This document shows positions 19,582 through 29,161 of a stretch of 64,000 nt of DNA, in pieces. The position numbers were made by a program, and so were the translations under genes. Numbering within the stretch: position 1 is the first letter of the stretch; every line of letters begins with the position of its first letter. The stretch spans positions 1,696,001 through 1,760,000 of the forward strand of contig CP143273.1 in NCBI GenBank assembly GCA_051013385.1. The letters run 5' to 3'. The notes under the pieces were generated by a model. That model ran no database searches and was not told the DNA's origin. It saw nothing but the letters and a program-made list of their open reading frames with translations. The DNA is from Phormidium sp. (GTDB lineage Bacteria; Cyanobacteriota; Cyanobacteriia; Cyanobacteriales; Aerosakkonemataceae).

Positions 19582-21783
19582 ATGATATTTCAACAAATTA
19601 AATTGCCAATCAAAAATTTAAAACCTAACATCGTCAAGACTCCGACAGTGCTACAAATGGAAGCTGTAGAATGTGGTGCTGCTGCTTTGGGAATGATTTT
19701 AAGTTATTACGGAAAATTTGTACCTTTAGCGGAACTTCGCCAAGAATGTGGGGTGTCTCGTGATGGTATTAATGCAGCTAATTTGTTGAAGGCAGCTAGA
19801 CATTATGGCATGGAAGCAAAAGGTTATAAAAAAGGCTTAGAAGCTTTAAAAGAATTGCCAGTTCCTTATATAGTATTTTGGAATTTTGACCATTTTTTAG
19901 TTGTGGAAGGTTACGATCGCGATCGCGTTTTTCTCAACGATCCAACTAGCGGTAGACGCAAAGTAACTAAACAGGAATTTTCCCAAGCTTACACGGGAGT
20001 TGTATTAGAAATAAAACCAGGGAAGGAGTTTCAAAAAGGGGGACAAAAACGCAATACAATTCTGGCTTTACATTCTCGGTTAAAAAAGTCTTATGATGCA
20101 GTTTTATTGTCTATTTTAGCTGGTTTATTTTTAACTTTTCCCCGGTTAGCGACACCCGCATTTAGTCAAGTTTTTACTGATGAAATTTTGGTGCAAGGTC
20201 GAGAAGATTGGATACGACCTTTATTAATCGGAATGGTGATAACTGCGATCGTGCAAAGTCTTTTAGCCAGATTACGTTTGATATACTTACGGCGATTAAC
20301 AATTAAACTTTCTGTGGTAATGACAGGGCAGTTTATTTGGCATACTTTACGCTTATCAGTGGGATTTTATGCTCAACGTTTTGCAGGTGAAATTGGCAAC
20401 CGTACCGCCATTAATAGTAAAGTTGTCGGTGTAATTAACAGTATTTCTACTACTTTAATTGACAGCATCATGTTAATATTTTATGCTATTTTGATGTTTA
20501 TGTATGATTGGGTGCTAACATTGATGACGATTAGTTTTGCGGCTATTAATATTATTACATTGCAGTTATTACGTCGCTTACGTCTTGATGCTAACTTAAA
20601 AATTAGTCAACAAAGTAGTAAACTTTCTGGGATAACAATAGACAGTTTGCAATCAATTGAAACCGTCAAAGCTTCGGGTTTAGAATCAGATTTATTTGCT
20701 AAATTTGCTGGCTACCACGCTAAAACAATTAACGCCCAACAGGAATTAGCTTTACAAAGTCAAACTTTAACTTTATTACCAACAATTTTAAATTCATTGG
20801 CAACAGCTGCCCTTTTAGTAGTTGGCGGCTTCCGGGTAATGGATGGTAGTTTGACGATCGGAATGTTAGTAGCTTATCAAACTTTAGTCAGCAGCTTTTT
20901 AGCGCCAGTTAATAGTTTAGTTAACTTTGGCAGCACTTTACAAATTTTAGAAGCAGATCTCGATCGCCTTGATGATGTTTTACAAAATCCTGTCGATCCA
21001 GAAGTTGAAAGATCAGAAACAGCCAATCAATTAACTATTAATAATTTTCCATCTTTTAAATTACAAGGATATGTTGAATTACGCAATATTTCTTTTGGCT
21101 ATAATCGCCTAGAAAGTCCTTTAATTGAAAACTTAAATTTATCTTTAAAACCTGGACAACGAGTGGCAATAATTGGTAGTAGTGGTTCTGGGAAATCTAC
21201 CATAGCAAAACTAATCGCAGGTTTATATATTCCTGGGAAAGGCGAAATTTTATTTGATGGCATTTCTCGCCAGCAAATTCCCCGCTTAGTTTTAGCAAAT
21301 TCACTGGCAATGGTTGAACAAGATATCTTTTTATTCAAAGGTTCTGTTCGAGAAAATTTAACACTTTGGAATTCAACTATAAAAGAAGAAAACTTGGTGC
21401 AAGCTTGTCAGGATGCAGCAATTCATGACTTAATTTTATCCAACCTTGGAGGGTATGATGCAGAAATTGCTGAGGGGGGAATTAATTTAAGTGGTGGGCA
21501 ACGTCAACGTTTAGAAATTGCTAGGGCGTTAGTAATGAATCCGAAAATTTTAGTATTAGATGAAGCTACGAGTTTTTTAGATACGGAAACTGAATTAATT
21601 ATCGATCGCAATCTGCGGCGACGTGGTTGTTCTTGCATTGTCATAGCACATCGCCTCAGCACAATTCGCGATTCTGATGAAATTATTGTCCTAGAACGAG
21701 GCACAGTTGTCCAACGAGGAACCCATGAAGAATTACAGCAGCAGGGAGGAACTTATGCTAACTTACTATTAGCTACTAGCTGA
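19582..21783 (+). CDS. NHLP-family ABC exporter with C39 peptidase/permease/ATPase
   Basis: QMEAVECGAAAL catalytic Cys, FDHF His, Walker A GSSGSGKS, LSGGQ, LDEATS. Confidence 0.93.
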   Translation: MIFQQIKLPIKNLKPNIVKTPTVLQMEAVECGAAALGMILSYYGKFVPLAELRQECGVSRDGINAANLLKAARHYGMEAKGYKKGLEALKELPVPYIVFWNFDHFLVVEGYDRDRVFLNDPTSGRRKVTKQEFSQAYTGVVLEIKPGKEFQKGGQKRNTILALHSRLKKSYDAVLLSILAGLFLTFPRLATPAFSQVFTDEILVQGREDWIRPLLIGMVITAIVQSLLARLRLIYLRRLTIKLSVVMTGQFIWHTLRLSVGFYAQRFAGEIGNRTAINSKVVGVINSISTTLIDSIMLIFYAILMFMYDWVLTLMTISFAAINIITLQLLRRLRLDANLKISQQSSKLSGITIDSLQSIETVKASGLESDLFAKFAGYHAKTINAQQELALQSQTLTLLPTILNSLATAALLVVGGFRVMDGSLTIGMLVAYQTLVSSFLAPVNSLVNFGSTLQILEADLDRLDDVLQNPVDPEVERSETANQLTINNFPSFKLQGYVELRNISFGYNRLESPLIENLNLSLKPGQRVAIIGSSGSGKSTIAKLIAGLYIPGKGEILFDGISRQQIPRLVLANSLAMVEQDIFLFKGSVRENLTLWNSTIKEENLVQACQDAAIHDLILSNLGGYDAEIAEGGINLSGGQRQRLEIARALVMNPKILVLDEATSFLDTETELIIDRNLRRRGCSCIVIAHRLSTIRDSDEIIVLERGTVVQRGTHEELQQQGGTYANLLLATS

Positions 21784-21792
21784 TGCCTATTA

Positions 21793-21867
21793 GTAGGGGC
21801 GAAGCATTCCGGCAGTGAATCTCTGCTTCTAATCAATAACTTATCTACCGGAATGCTTCGCCCTTAC
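21793..21867. repeat. GTAG-family REP doublet hairpin
   Basis: GTAGGGGCGAAGCATTCCGG ... CCGGAATGCTTCGCCCTTAC. Confidence 0.8.
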
Positions 21868-21891
21868 CAAATTGGGATACTGCCATTAGCA

Positions 21892-24822
21892 ATGTTAAAT
21901 TCTGATTTATTTAAAGCACTGCATAACTTTAAAGGAAACCAACCTTTACTACTAGATAATCCCCATAAAGTTTGGGTAGTTCAATCTGGTACAATGGCAA
22001 TTTTTGTTACCAAATTTGTAGCAGGAGAAGCAATAGGCGATCGGCATTACTTGTTTACTGTCAATGCAGGAGAAGCATTATTTGGTGTTCCTTTATGGGG
22101 AGAAGAAATACCGGAGAATCTAGAATACGATAAAAATTACCAATCTTTTAATTATGGAATTTTAGCAGTTGCCCTTGAAGAAAGTGTAGTTTTAGAACTA
22201 GATTTTGCCGATTTAATTGCCCAGATAGCAGCAGCTAACAAAGAGGTAATTTTGCTATTGGAAGGTTGGATCGATCGCATCAGTAAATTAGTTGCTAATC
22301 CAACAATATCAGCCACAAAAACCATAGTATCAGTAACAAAATATAGCCAACAGAAGTTATCTAAAGGGCAAGTACTACAAGCATCTTCAAAAATGATTTG
22401 TTGGTTGCAAGTTCATCAAGGTAGTACAGCTTGGATGGGAAAGGAAAAATTAACCTTAGATGCTAAATCTGCTCGCTTTCCCCTCGCTGCTTCTACCTGG
22501 GTAGAATCACTTAATATAGTTGAATTTGACACAATTCCAACTGGGGAAATTAAGGTAGATTTATCTCACAGTTTAGCCTTATTTCATACTTATGCTTGTC
22601 GCTATCTCCAAATCATACTTCAACAGAAATTACAGGCAGAAATTAAACAATTTCAGCAACTACAACAGCTAAATCACCAAGTAACAGAAAATGCTTTTAA
22701 TTACTTAGCTTACGCTTTACAACCGCAAAAATTACAATCAGAAGAAACGCCTTTGTTAATCGCTGCTGGCGCAGTTGCTAAGGCAATGGGAATTACAATT
22801 CGTGCCCCAATTAAATCAGAAAATTTGCAGCGAATAGATCCAGTAGAAGCGATCGCCATAGCCTCTAAAATTCGCATAAGGCGTGTTACCTTAACTGGGC
22901 AATGGTGGAAACAAGAACATAGCCCACTTTTAGCTTTTACAACTGATAACCATCCGGTAGCTTTGTTAGTTGATAAAAGCAAAGGTTATCGTTATTTTTT
23001 GTTCGATCCAGAAACTCGAACTCGCACTTTAGTTAATAGAAGTATTGCCGCTACTTTAGCTTCAGAAGCTTATATATTTTATCCACCTTTACCCCAAGTA
23101 ATTAATCAAGCATTTGAGGTGTTTAAATTTGGCGTAAAAGGCTATGAAACCGAAACAATTAAAATTATCATTGTGGGAATTTTAGGGACAATTTTAGGGA
23201 TGGCGGTTCCCCAAGCTACAGCAATTTTAATTAATCAAGCAATTCCCAATGGCGATCGTCTACTCTTATTACAACTAGCATTAGGTTTATTAGCTGTATC
23301 TTTTGGCAAAACTGCATTTAATTTATATCAAGGATTAGTTGCTTTACGAGTTAGTAACGGAATTAATAGCACTCTGCAAATAGCTGTTTGGGATAGATTA
23401 CTTAGATTAAAACCCTCATTAATCCGGCAATTTACCACAGGTGATTTGTTAGTACGGATTATGTCTATCAGTCAAATTTACAGCATTTTTAGCGGGGCTA
23501 CTCAACGCACTTTATTAAGTGGGTTATTTTCTTTGTTGAACTTAGCATTAATGTTTATTTATGACCTCAAACTAACTTTAGTAGCCATAGCAGTGACTTC
23601 GCTAGCAGTAATTTTAACCATTATTTCTAGTTTGATTTTATTAGGTAAACAGCGAAAACAAGAAGAATTAAGCGGCGAAATTCAAGGATTAATAGTACAA
23701 CTAATTAATGGTGTACCAAAATTGCGAGTAGCAGTAGCAGAATCACGGGCATTTGCAGCTTGGGCAAAAAAATATAGTGAACAAAACCAATTAACTCAGG
23801 AAATTATTCAAGTTAATGATATTGTTTCTGTATTCAACGAACTACTATCTTTAGTTAGTTTGATTTTATTATATTGGTTTGGCTTTTTAGCTATTCAAGG
23901 TTCCCAAACTGGCGAAAGTAGCTTAACACTGGGAACATTTTTGGCATTTAATGCCGCTTTTGGTATATTTTTTGGCGGTGTCACTTCTTTGAGTAATACC
24001 TTAATTCAACTGATAGAAATTGCACCTTTATGGGAGCGATCGCAACCTATTTTACAAGGCAAATTAGAATTTGATGAACAAAAAGCTAATCCCGGTCGTT
24101 TGAGTGGACAAATAAGATTAGAAAATATTACTTTCCGTTACCGAGAAGATAGCCCCATTATTCTTCATGAAGTAAACATCTCCGCCGATCCGGGGGAATT
24201 TATTGCTATTGTTGGCCCTTCTGGAAGTGGTAAATCAACTATTTTTCGCTTATTATTAGGCTTTGAAACTCCTCAAAATGGCAAAGTTTATTATGATGGA
24301 CAAGATTTAGCTGGATTAGATTTACCAGCAGTGCGGCGACAATTAGGAGTTGTTTTACAAAATGGTCGAGTTACCCAAGGTTCGATTTTGGAAAACATTA
24401 CTGGTGGCGCATTAGTGACAGTTGAAGAAGCTTGGGAAGCAGCAAGAATGGCGGGATTAGCTGAAGATATTGAACGAATGCCAATGGGAATACAAACGAT
24501 CGTCAGTGAAGGAGGTAGCAATCTTTCTGGAGGACAAAGACAAAGGTTATTAATTGCGCGATCGCTCATCTTCAAACCGCCAATTATTCTATTAGATGAA
24601 GCTACTAGTTATCTTGATAATAGCACTCAAGCAATAGTGACAGAAAGCTTAGAAAAAATGAATGCAACAAGAATAATTATTGCCCATCGTTTGAGCACAA
24701 TTCGCCATGCCGATCGCATTTACGTCTTAGAATCAGGTCGCATATTACAAGTCGGTTCTTTTGCCGAATTAGTTCAACAACCAGGACTATTTGCTAAGTT
24801 AGTAGCCCGACAATTAGAGTGA
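21892..24822 (+). CDS. NHLP-system ABC transporter permease/ATP-binding subunit (no peptidase)
   Basis: cNMP-like N-terminus (VWVVQSG..RHYLF), TM domain, GPSGSGKS, LSGGQ, LDEATS. The ORF-track start 21853 lies inside the REP hairpin, so ATG 21892 is preferred. Confidence 0.9.
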   Translation: MLNSDLFKALHNFKGNQPLLLDNPHKVWVVQSGTMAIFVTKFVAGEAIGDRHYLFTVNAGEALFGVPLWGEEIPENLEYDKNYQSFNYGILAVALEESVVLELDFADLIAQIAAANKEVILLLEGWIDRISKLVANPTISATKTIVSVTKYSQQKLSKGQVLQASSKMICWLQVHQGSTAWMGKEKLTLDAKSARFPLAASTWVESLNIVEFDTIPTGEIKVDLSHSLALFHTYACRYLQIILQQKLQAEIKQFQQLQQLNHQVTENAFNYLAYALQPQKLQSEETPLLIAAGAVAKAMGITIRAPIKSENLQRIDPVEAIAIASKIRIRRVTLTGQWWKQEHSPLLAFTTDNHPVALLVDKSKGYRYFLFDPETRTRTLVNRSIAATLASEAYIFYPPLPQVINQAFEVFKFGVKGYETETIKIIIVGILGTILGMAVPQATAILINQAIPNGDRLLLLQLALGLLAVSFGKTAFNLYQGLVALRVSNGINSTLQIAVWDRLLRLKPSLIRQFTTGDLLVRIMSISQIYSIFSGATQRTLLSGLFSLLNLALMFIYDLKLTLVAIAVTSLAVILTIISSLILLGKQRKQEELSGEIQGLIVQLINGVPKLRVAVAESRAFAAWAKKYSEQNQLTQEIIQVNDIVSVFNELLSLVSLILLYWFGFLAIQGSQTGESSLTLGTFLAFNAAFGIFFGGVTSLSNTLIQLIEIAPLWERSQPILQGKLEFDEQKANPGRLSGQIRLENITFRYREDSPIILHEVNISADPGEFIAIVGPSGSGKSTIFRLLLGFETPQNGKVYYDGQDLAGLDLPAVRRQLGVVLQNGRVTQGSILENITGGALVTVEEAWEAARMAGLAEDIERMPMGIQTIVSEGGSNLSGGQRQRLLIARSLIFKPPIILLDEATSYLDNSTQAIVTESLEKMNATRIIIAHRLSTIRHADRIYVLESGRILQVGSFAELVQQPGLFAKLVARQLE

Positions 24823-24829
24823 GGGAACG

Positions 24830-24914
24830 GGGGACAAGGGGACAAGGGGACAAGGGGACAAGGATAATTTTTATCTTCTGCCTTGGAGCCTTCTGCCTTG
24901 GAGCCTTCTGCCTT
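24830..24914. repeat. Short tandem repeats between convergent genes
   Basis: (GGGGACAA)x4 followed by (TTCTGCCTTGGAGCC)-type repeats. Confidence 0.75.
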
Positions 24915-24917
24915 TTA

Positions 24918-27530
24918 TTACCATTGAGGTTGTTCAGCCAATAATGCTGTTGCTGCTTCACTATTTAGCGGTTTAGAAAAATAATAACCCTGTACATATT
25001 CACATCCCAAATCTCGCAATATTTCCATTTGTGAGGCTTTTTCAACTCCCTCAGCAACTACATCCATACCTAATTTATGACTGAGCATGATTACAGTTTG
25101 GACGATCGCTAAATTTTCACTACTATCTTCCATTCTGCTAACAAAAGAACGATCGACTTTTAACGTATCCACAGGAAAGCGATGTAAATAACTCAAAGAT
25201 GAATATCCAGTGCCAAAATCATCAATACTAAAACGCAAATTCAAAGCTTTTAAACGTAAGATACTAGCAATAGTCTTTTCCACATCTTGCATTGCCATAC
25301 TTTCAGTAATTTCTAGTTTTAAGTTATGTCCATCCAGCTTGGTTTCCTTGAGGATTTGTTCAACTCGCTCAGTTAAATCCGGTTGAGAAAACTGTTGACT
25401 GGAAAGATTAACACTTAACGATAAAGTTGATTGCAGCTTAAATTGCTCTTGCCAAATTTTTAATTGACGGCAAGCTTCCTTTAATATCCATTCACCCAAA
25501 GGAATAATTAAACCAGTTTCTTCAGCTAAGGGAATAAACTCAGCAGGTGAAATGAATTTACCCGGAGGTTGCCAACGAATTAAAGCTTCAAAACCCGTGA
25601 TTTTACCCGTTTTCAAAGATATGATTGGTTGGTAAAAAACTAGAAATTCCTGACTTGTGCCCGCAGTTAACTCAGCGAGCGATCTACGTAATTCATTTTC
25701 TAATTGCAAGCGAGAAACTATTTGGGTACGCATACCTGTAGAAAACAGTTCGTAACGTGCTTTACCCAATGCTTTAGCCCGATACATTGCCGTATGAGCA
25801 TCTCGTAAAAGTTCCTCTGGTTGGCGATTAATTAAACATTCTATCTCATCAGGTTTGTCACAACCTAACTGATTAAAAGCAATACCAAAGCTAGCCGAAA
25901 TAAATATTTGTTCACCTTTCATCACTTTAAAAGGCAAACTTAATTGTTTTTGGATTTCATCGGTTAGCAATGTTGCTTGATTAACATTACTAATATTTGT
26001 TAATAAGATCGCAAACTCATCTCCGCCAATCCGGGCTACTATATCTTGAGGACGTAGGCAAGATTTTAATCTTTTAGTTACAGCAATTAACAGTCGATCG
26101 CCTACTTGGTGGTTAAAATTATCATTAACTATCTTAAAGCGATCAAGATCTAAAAATATTACTGCTATTAAAGAGTTTTCCTGTTGTTGAGCGCGGGAAT
26201 TATTCTTCTCTATTTGTTTCAGAAAAAAAGTTCGATTTGGTAAACCTGTTAAAGCATCATAAAAAGTATAATGAAATAACTTATAAGCTGTTACACTACT
26301 GGCTGTAAGTAATAATCCCAATGCTGGTACTATTAGCGGCACCCATCCTGCTTGGGCAAAGCTAACAGAGAAAACTGTCAACAAAATTACTAACGCTACA
26401 GATGTCGTAATTCCTAAGAGTAATGGTCGGCGAAAGCGCCAGACTAGTATTCCTCCTATTAGCGACCAACCCCAAATCCAAAACCATTCTACCCACTGAG
26501 GCAAAAACCAAAATAAAGGTTGATTATCTTCCAGAGTACTGATTATTTGACTTACCATTTGAGCGTGAATCAGGACTCCCGGCATCACGGCTTTATCGCG
26601 ATCGGTTGCCGTATAAGGAGTGAAAAATAAATCTTTTTGACTGGGTGCGATCGTCCCAATCATTACTATTTTATCTTTCACTAAATCTGGATTGATTTCT
26701 CCATTTAAAACTTGCGTTAATGTTACCTGCGCCGCTATATTTTCACTTCTACTGCGATATTTTAATAATATTTGATAGCCTGTTGTATCAATATTTTGGT
26801 ATCCCCCAGAGTCAGAGTCTAAATTAGGCAAAACTTTTTTCCCCAATCTCAGCTGATGAGGCTCCGCTTTTAAATTAAAATTACGCTCTTGTAAATATTT
26901 TAAACTAATTCGTAACCCAAAAGAGTAGTATGCTTTGCCTTTTAGGGTAGCAAATATAAAATTCCGCCGAATTACTCCATCGGGATCGAGTACAAAATCA
27001 TTAAAACTAATTTGTTCTTTGGCTGCACTGGGGGGCGGCTTTACACTTTCATCTTTACTATCTCCCAATTTAGTAATTACAACTACATTTGGCGCTTGTA
27101 ATTCCTGAACTAGTTCAGTATGACCCGGCGGATACGGCATTTCTCGGTATAAATCTAAACCAATAACTTTTGGCTGATATAATTGCAGCGTTGCTATTAG
27201 TCTAGCCAATGTTTGATCCCAGAGCGGCCATTTCTTTTGTGCTCGGATATCTGCCTCGGTAATTCCCACTACCAAAATTCTCGGATCTGGTTTCATTTCC
27301 GGTTTTAATTGGGTAGCGCGATCGAATTCCATTAACTCCAACGGCTGCAAAACTTCCATCTGTCTGATTCCTAACAGCAAACCTGTCACTAACAAGCTAG
27401 TAATCACAACAGGTTGTTGACAAATTAGAAGTGATTTGGAGCCAAATTTTTTCATCCCAGCCAGAAATTCCTTGTTGGACAATAGCTGAGGTAGTTTGTG
27501 AAAAAGTTGCTCAGGCACAGAATTAAGCAA
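24918..27530 (-). CDS. CHASE2-GGDEF-EAL membrane sensor (c-di-GMP turnover)
   Basis: CHASE2 (DPRILVVGITEADI, IGLDLYR, PGVLIHAQ), 3 TM, RPQD I-site, GGDEF, EAL, DDFGTGYSS; start codon uncertain. Confidence 0.92.
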   Translation of the reverse strand: MLNSVPEQLFHKLPQLLSNKEFLAGMKKFGSKSLLICQQPVVITSLLVTGLLLGIRQMEVLQPLELMEFDRATQLKPEMKPDPRILVVGITEADIRAQKKWPLWDQTLARLIATLQLYQPKVIGLDLYREMPYPPGHTELVQELQAPNVVVITKLGDSKDESVKPPPSAAKEQISFNDFVLDPDGVIRRNFIFATLKGKAYYSFGLRISLKYLQERNFNLKAEPHQLRLGKKVLPNLDSDSGGYQNIDTTGYQILLKYRSRSENIAAQVTLTQVLNGEINPDLVKDKIVMIGTIAPSQKDLFFTPYTATDRDKAVMPGVLIHAQMVSQIISTLEDNQPLFWFLPQWVEWFWIWGWSLIGGILVWRFRRPLLLGITTSVALVILLTVFSVSFAQAGWVPLIVPALGLLLTASSVTAYKLFHYTFYDALTGLPNRTFFLKQIEKNNSRAQQQENSLIAVIFLDLDRFKIVNDNFNHQVGDRLLIAVTKRLKSCLRPQDIVARIGGDEFAILLTNISNVNQATLLTDEIQKQLSLPFKVMKGEQIFISASFGIAFNQLGCDKPDEIECLINRQPEELLRDAHTAMYRAKALGKARYELFSTGMRTQIVSRLQLENELRRSLAELTAGTSQEFLVFYQPIISLKTGKITGFEALIRWQPPGKFISPAEFIPLAEETGLIIPLGEWILKEACRQLKIWQEQFKLQSTLSLSVNLSSQQFSQPDLTERVEQILKETKLDGHNLKLEITESMAMQDVEKTIASILRLKALNLRFSIDDFGTGYSSLSYLHRFPVDTLKVDRSFVSRMEDSSENLAIVQTVIMLSHKLGMDVVAEGVEKASQMEILRDLGCEYVQGYYFSKPLNSEAATALLAEQPQW

Positions 27531-28242
27531 AATTACGATAAGACATAACTTTTCAAGTGTTTTTCTCTAAGTCTAAAATGATGAATCTGATCGTCTCCCT
27601 GATTTATATCCCATACCATGTTACTTTTTTTAGGTAAAAGTCATATTTCTAAGACTATCTTATCCTCACATTAGCAAAATTTTTTTTTCACCCTATATTA
27701 CTTGTAACATTTTAGCTAATCATGTTACTAGAATTTTGCTTTGCTTAATCAAACTTTAGAATTCACCACTTAATAACTTAATAGTCAATTACTAATAAAA
27801 CTTTTCTAAATTTAATTTATGGCAAGCGAAATAAAGGTTAGGACATAATTAAATGCTTTCAGCATTGCCTTCTTAGCTTTTACCTTCTGCCCTGGAGCCT
27901 TCTGGCTTTTGCTATGGGTGGCAGATTTTAAACGATTAATTACCTGAAAAATGAAATTTATTTCTTTGTGCAGTTGTCTTCAGGCTAAGATTTTACTAGT
28001 CAACACTTAGGTAGCTGTAATCAAACTATAGAATAAAGAATATAACAGATTTTGGTTTTTTACATTTTGAACCAGCCAACATGGTGAAATATACAGATTT
28101 AAACAAATGACAAATTCTGTGTTTTTACGGAATCTTTTGTCTCAATAATCTGATTATAATCAATACAAGAGTGTTCCCAGATTGCTTGTCACAGTTTTTG
28201 TTGAGTAAACCTAAGACTTATTCGAGTTAATAGTTGGTTTAT

Positions 28243-28965
28243 ATGCGTAGTATAATCTTGCCTCAAATCATTGCAGCCTTTTGTTTAGTATCACTATTGG
28301 CTTTTTTTTCTGGTAGCGGAGCGAAACAAGCACTAGCGGAAGATGTTAGCCAAGCCAGAGAAGGCTTGCCCGGAAGACGAGTTGGCGGTGGCACTCGTTC
28401 TGATATGTTCATTTCGGAAATGCCTTTAGTAGCCTTAGTTCCAGACAATAATCAAGGGTTAACGGGATCGGCAACTCCCACATTATTGTTCTATGTTCCT
28501 AAAACTCAGAAGCCACAAATGGTTGAATTTGTGCTGGTTGACGAAAATGAACGTCCGATCTATGAAACAAAATTTACAACTGACGGAAAATCAGGAGTAG
28601 TTGGAATTACAATTCCCGGAAATGAACCAGCAAAAACCCTGGAAGTGGGCAAAACTTACCGTTGGTATTTTGCGATCGTTCCCGATGGGGAAAATCGCCG
28701 TTCAGATATTTATGTCCAAGGTTCCATTAAACGAGTCGCAGTGAACCAGGATTTAGAGAATAAACTAAAACAGGGCGCTTCTTTAGACCTAGCTGAGACA
28801 TATCAAACCAATAATCTCTGGTACGATGCAATGGCAACGCTAGCTGAATTACGTCGTTCCCGTCCTACTGATACAGCCGTAGCAACTAAATGGGAACAGC
28901 TATTGAATTCTGTTAATTTGCAAAAACTGTCACAAGAACCTTTAATGAGCTACAAGCAACAGTAA
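28243..28965 (+). CDS. DUF928 family protein
   Basis: Signal peptide, PGRRVGGGTR, PTLLFYVP, YRWYF, LWYDA; ATG 28243 preferred. Confidence 0.88.
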   Translation: MRSIILPQIIAAFCLVSLLAFFSGSGAKQALAEDVSQAREGLPGRRVGGGTRSDMFISEMPLVALVPDNNQGLTGSATPTLLFYVPKTQKPQMVEFVLVDENERPIYETKFTTDGKSGVVGITIPGNEPAKTLEVGKTYRWYFAIVPDGENRRSDIYVQGSIKRVAVNQDLENKLKQGASLDLAETYQTNNLWYDAMATLAELRRSRPTDTAVATKWEQLLNSVNLQKLSQEPLMSYKQQ

Positions 28966-29008
28966 TCTTAACAATTAAAGTCAAAAGTGCTTTTTTGCTT
29001 TTTCGCTG

Positions 29009-29063
29009 CGCGATCGCACGGAAAACCCGTAAACTTAATCTACGGGTTTTCCGTGCGATCGCG
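29009..29063. repeat. Perfect 23-bp-arm hairpin with a HIP1 site at each base (possible terminator)
   Basis: CGCGATCGCACGGAAAACCCGTA-N9-TACGGGTTTTCCGTGCGATCGCG. Confidence 0.8.
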
Positions 29064-29161
29064 GATGTTTTACTTAGCCAGTACTGATTTAATTAACATA
29101 GATCAATATATTTTTAGTAAATTTTAATCGTAGTAAATTTACTTACTAGAGGTTAGTAGTA

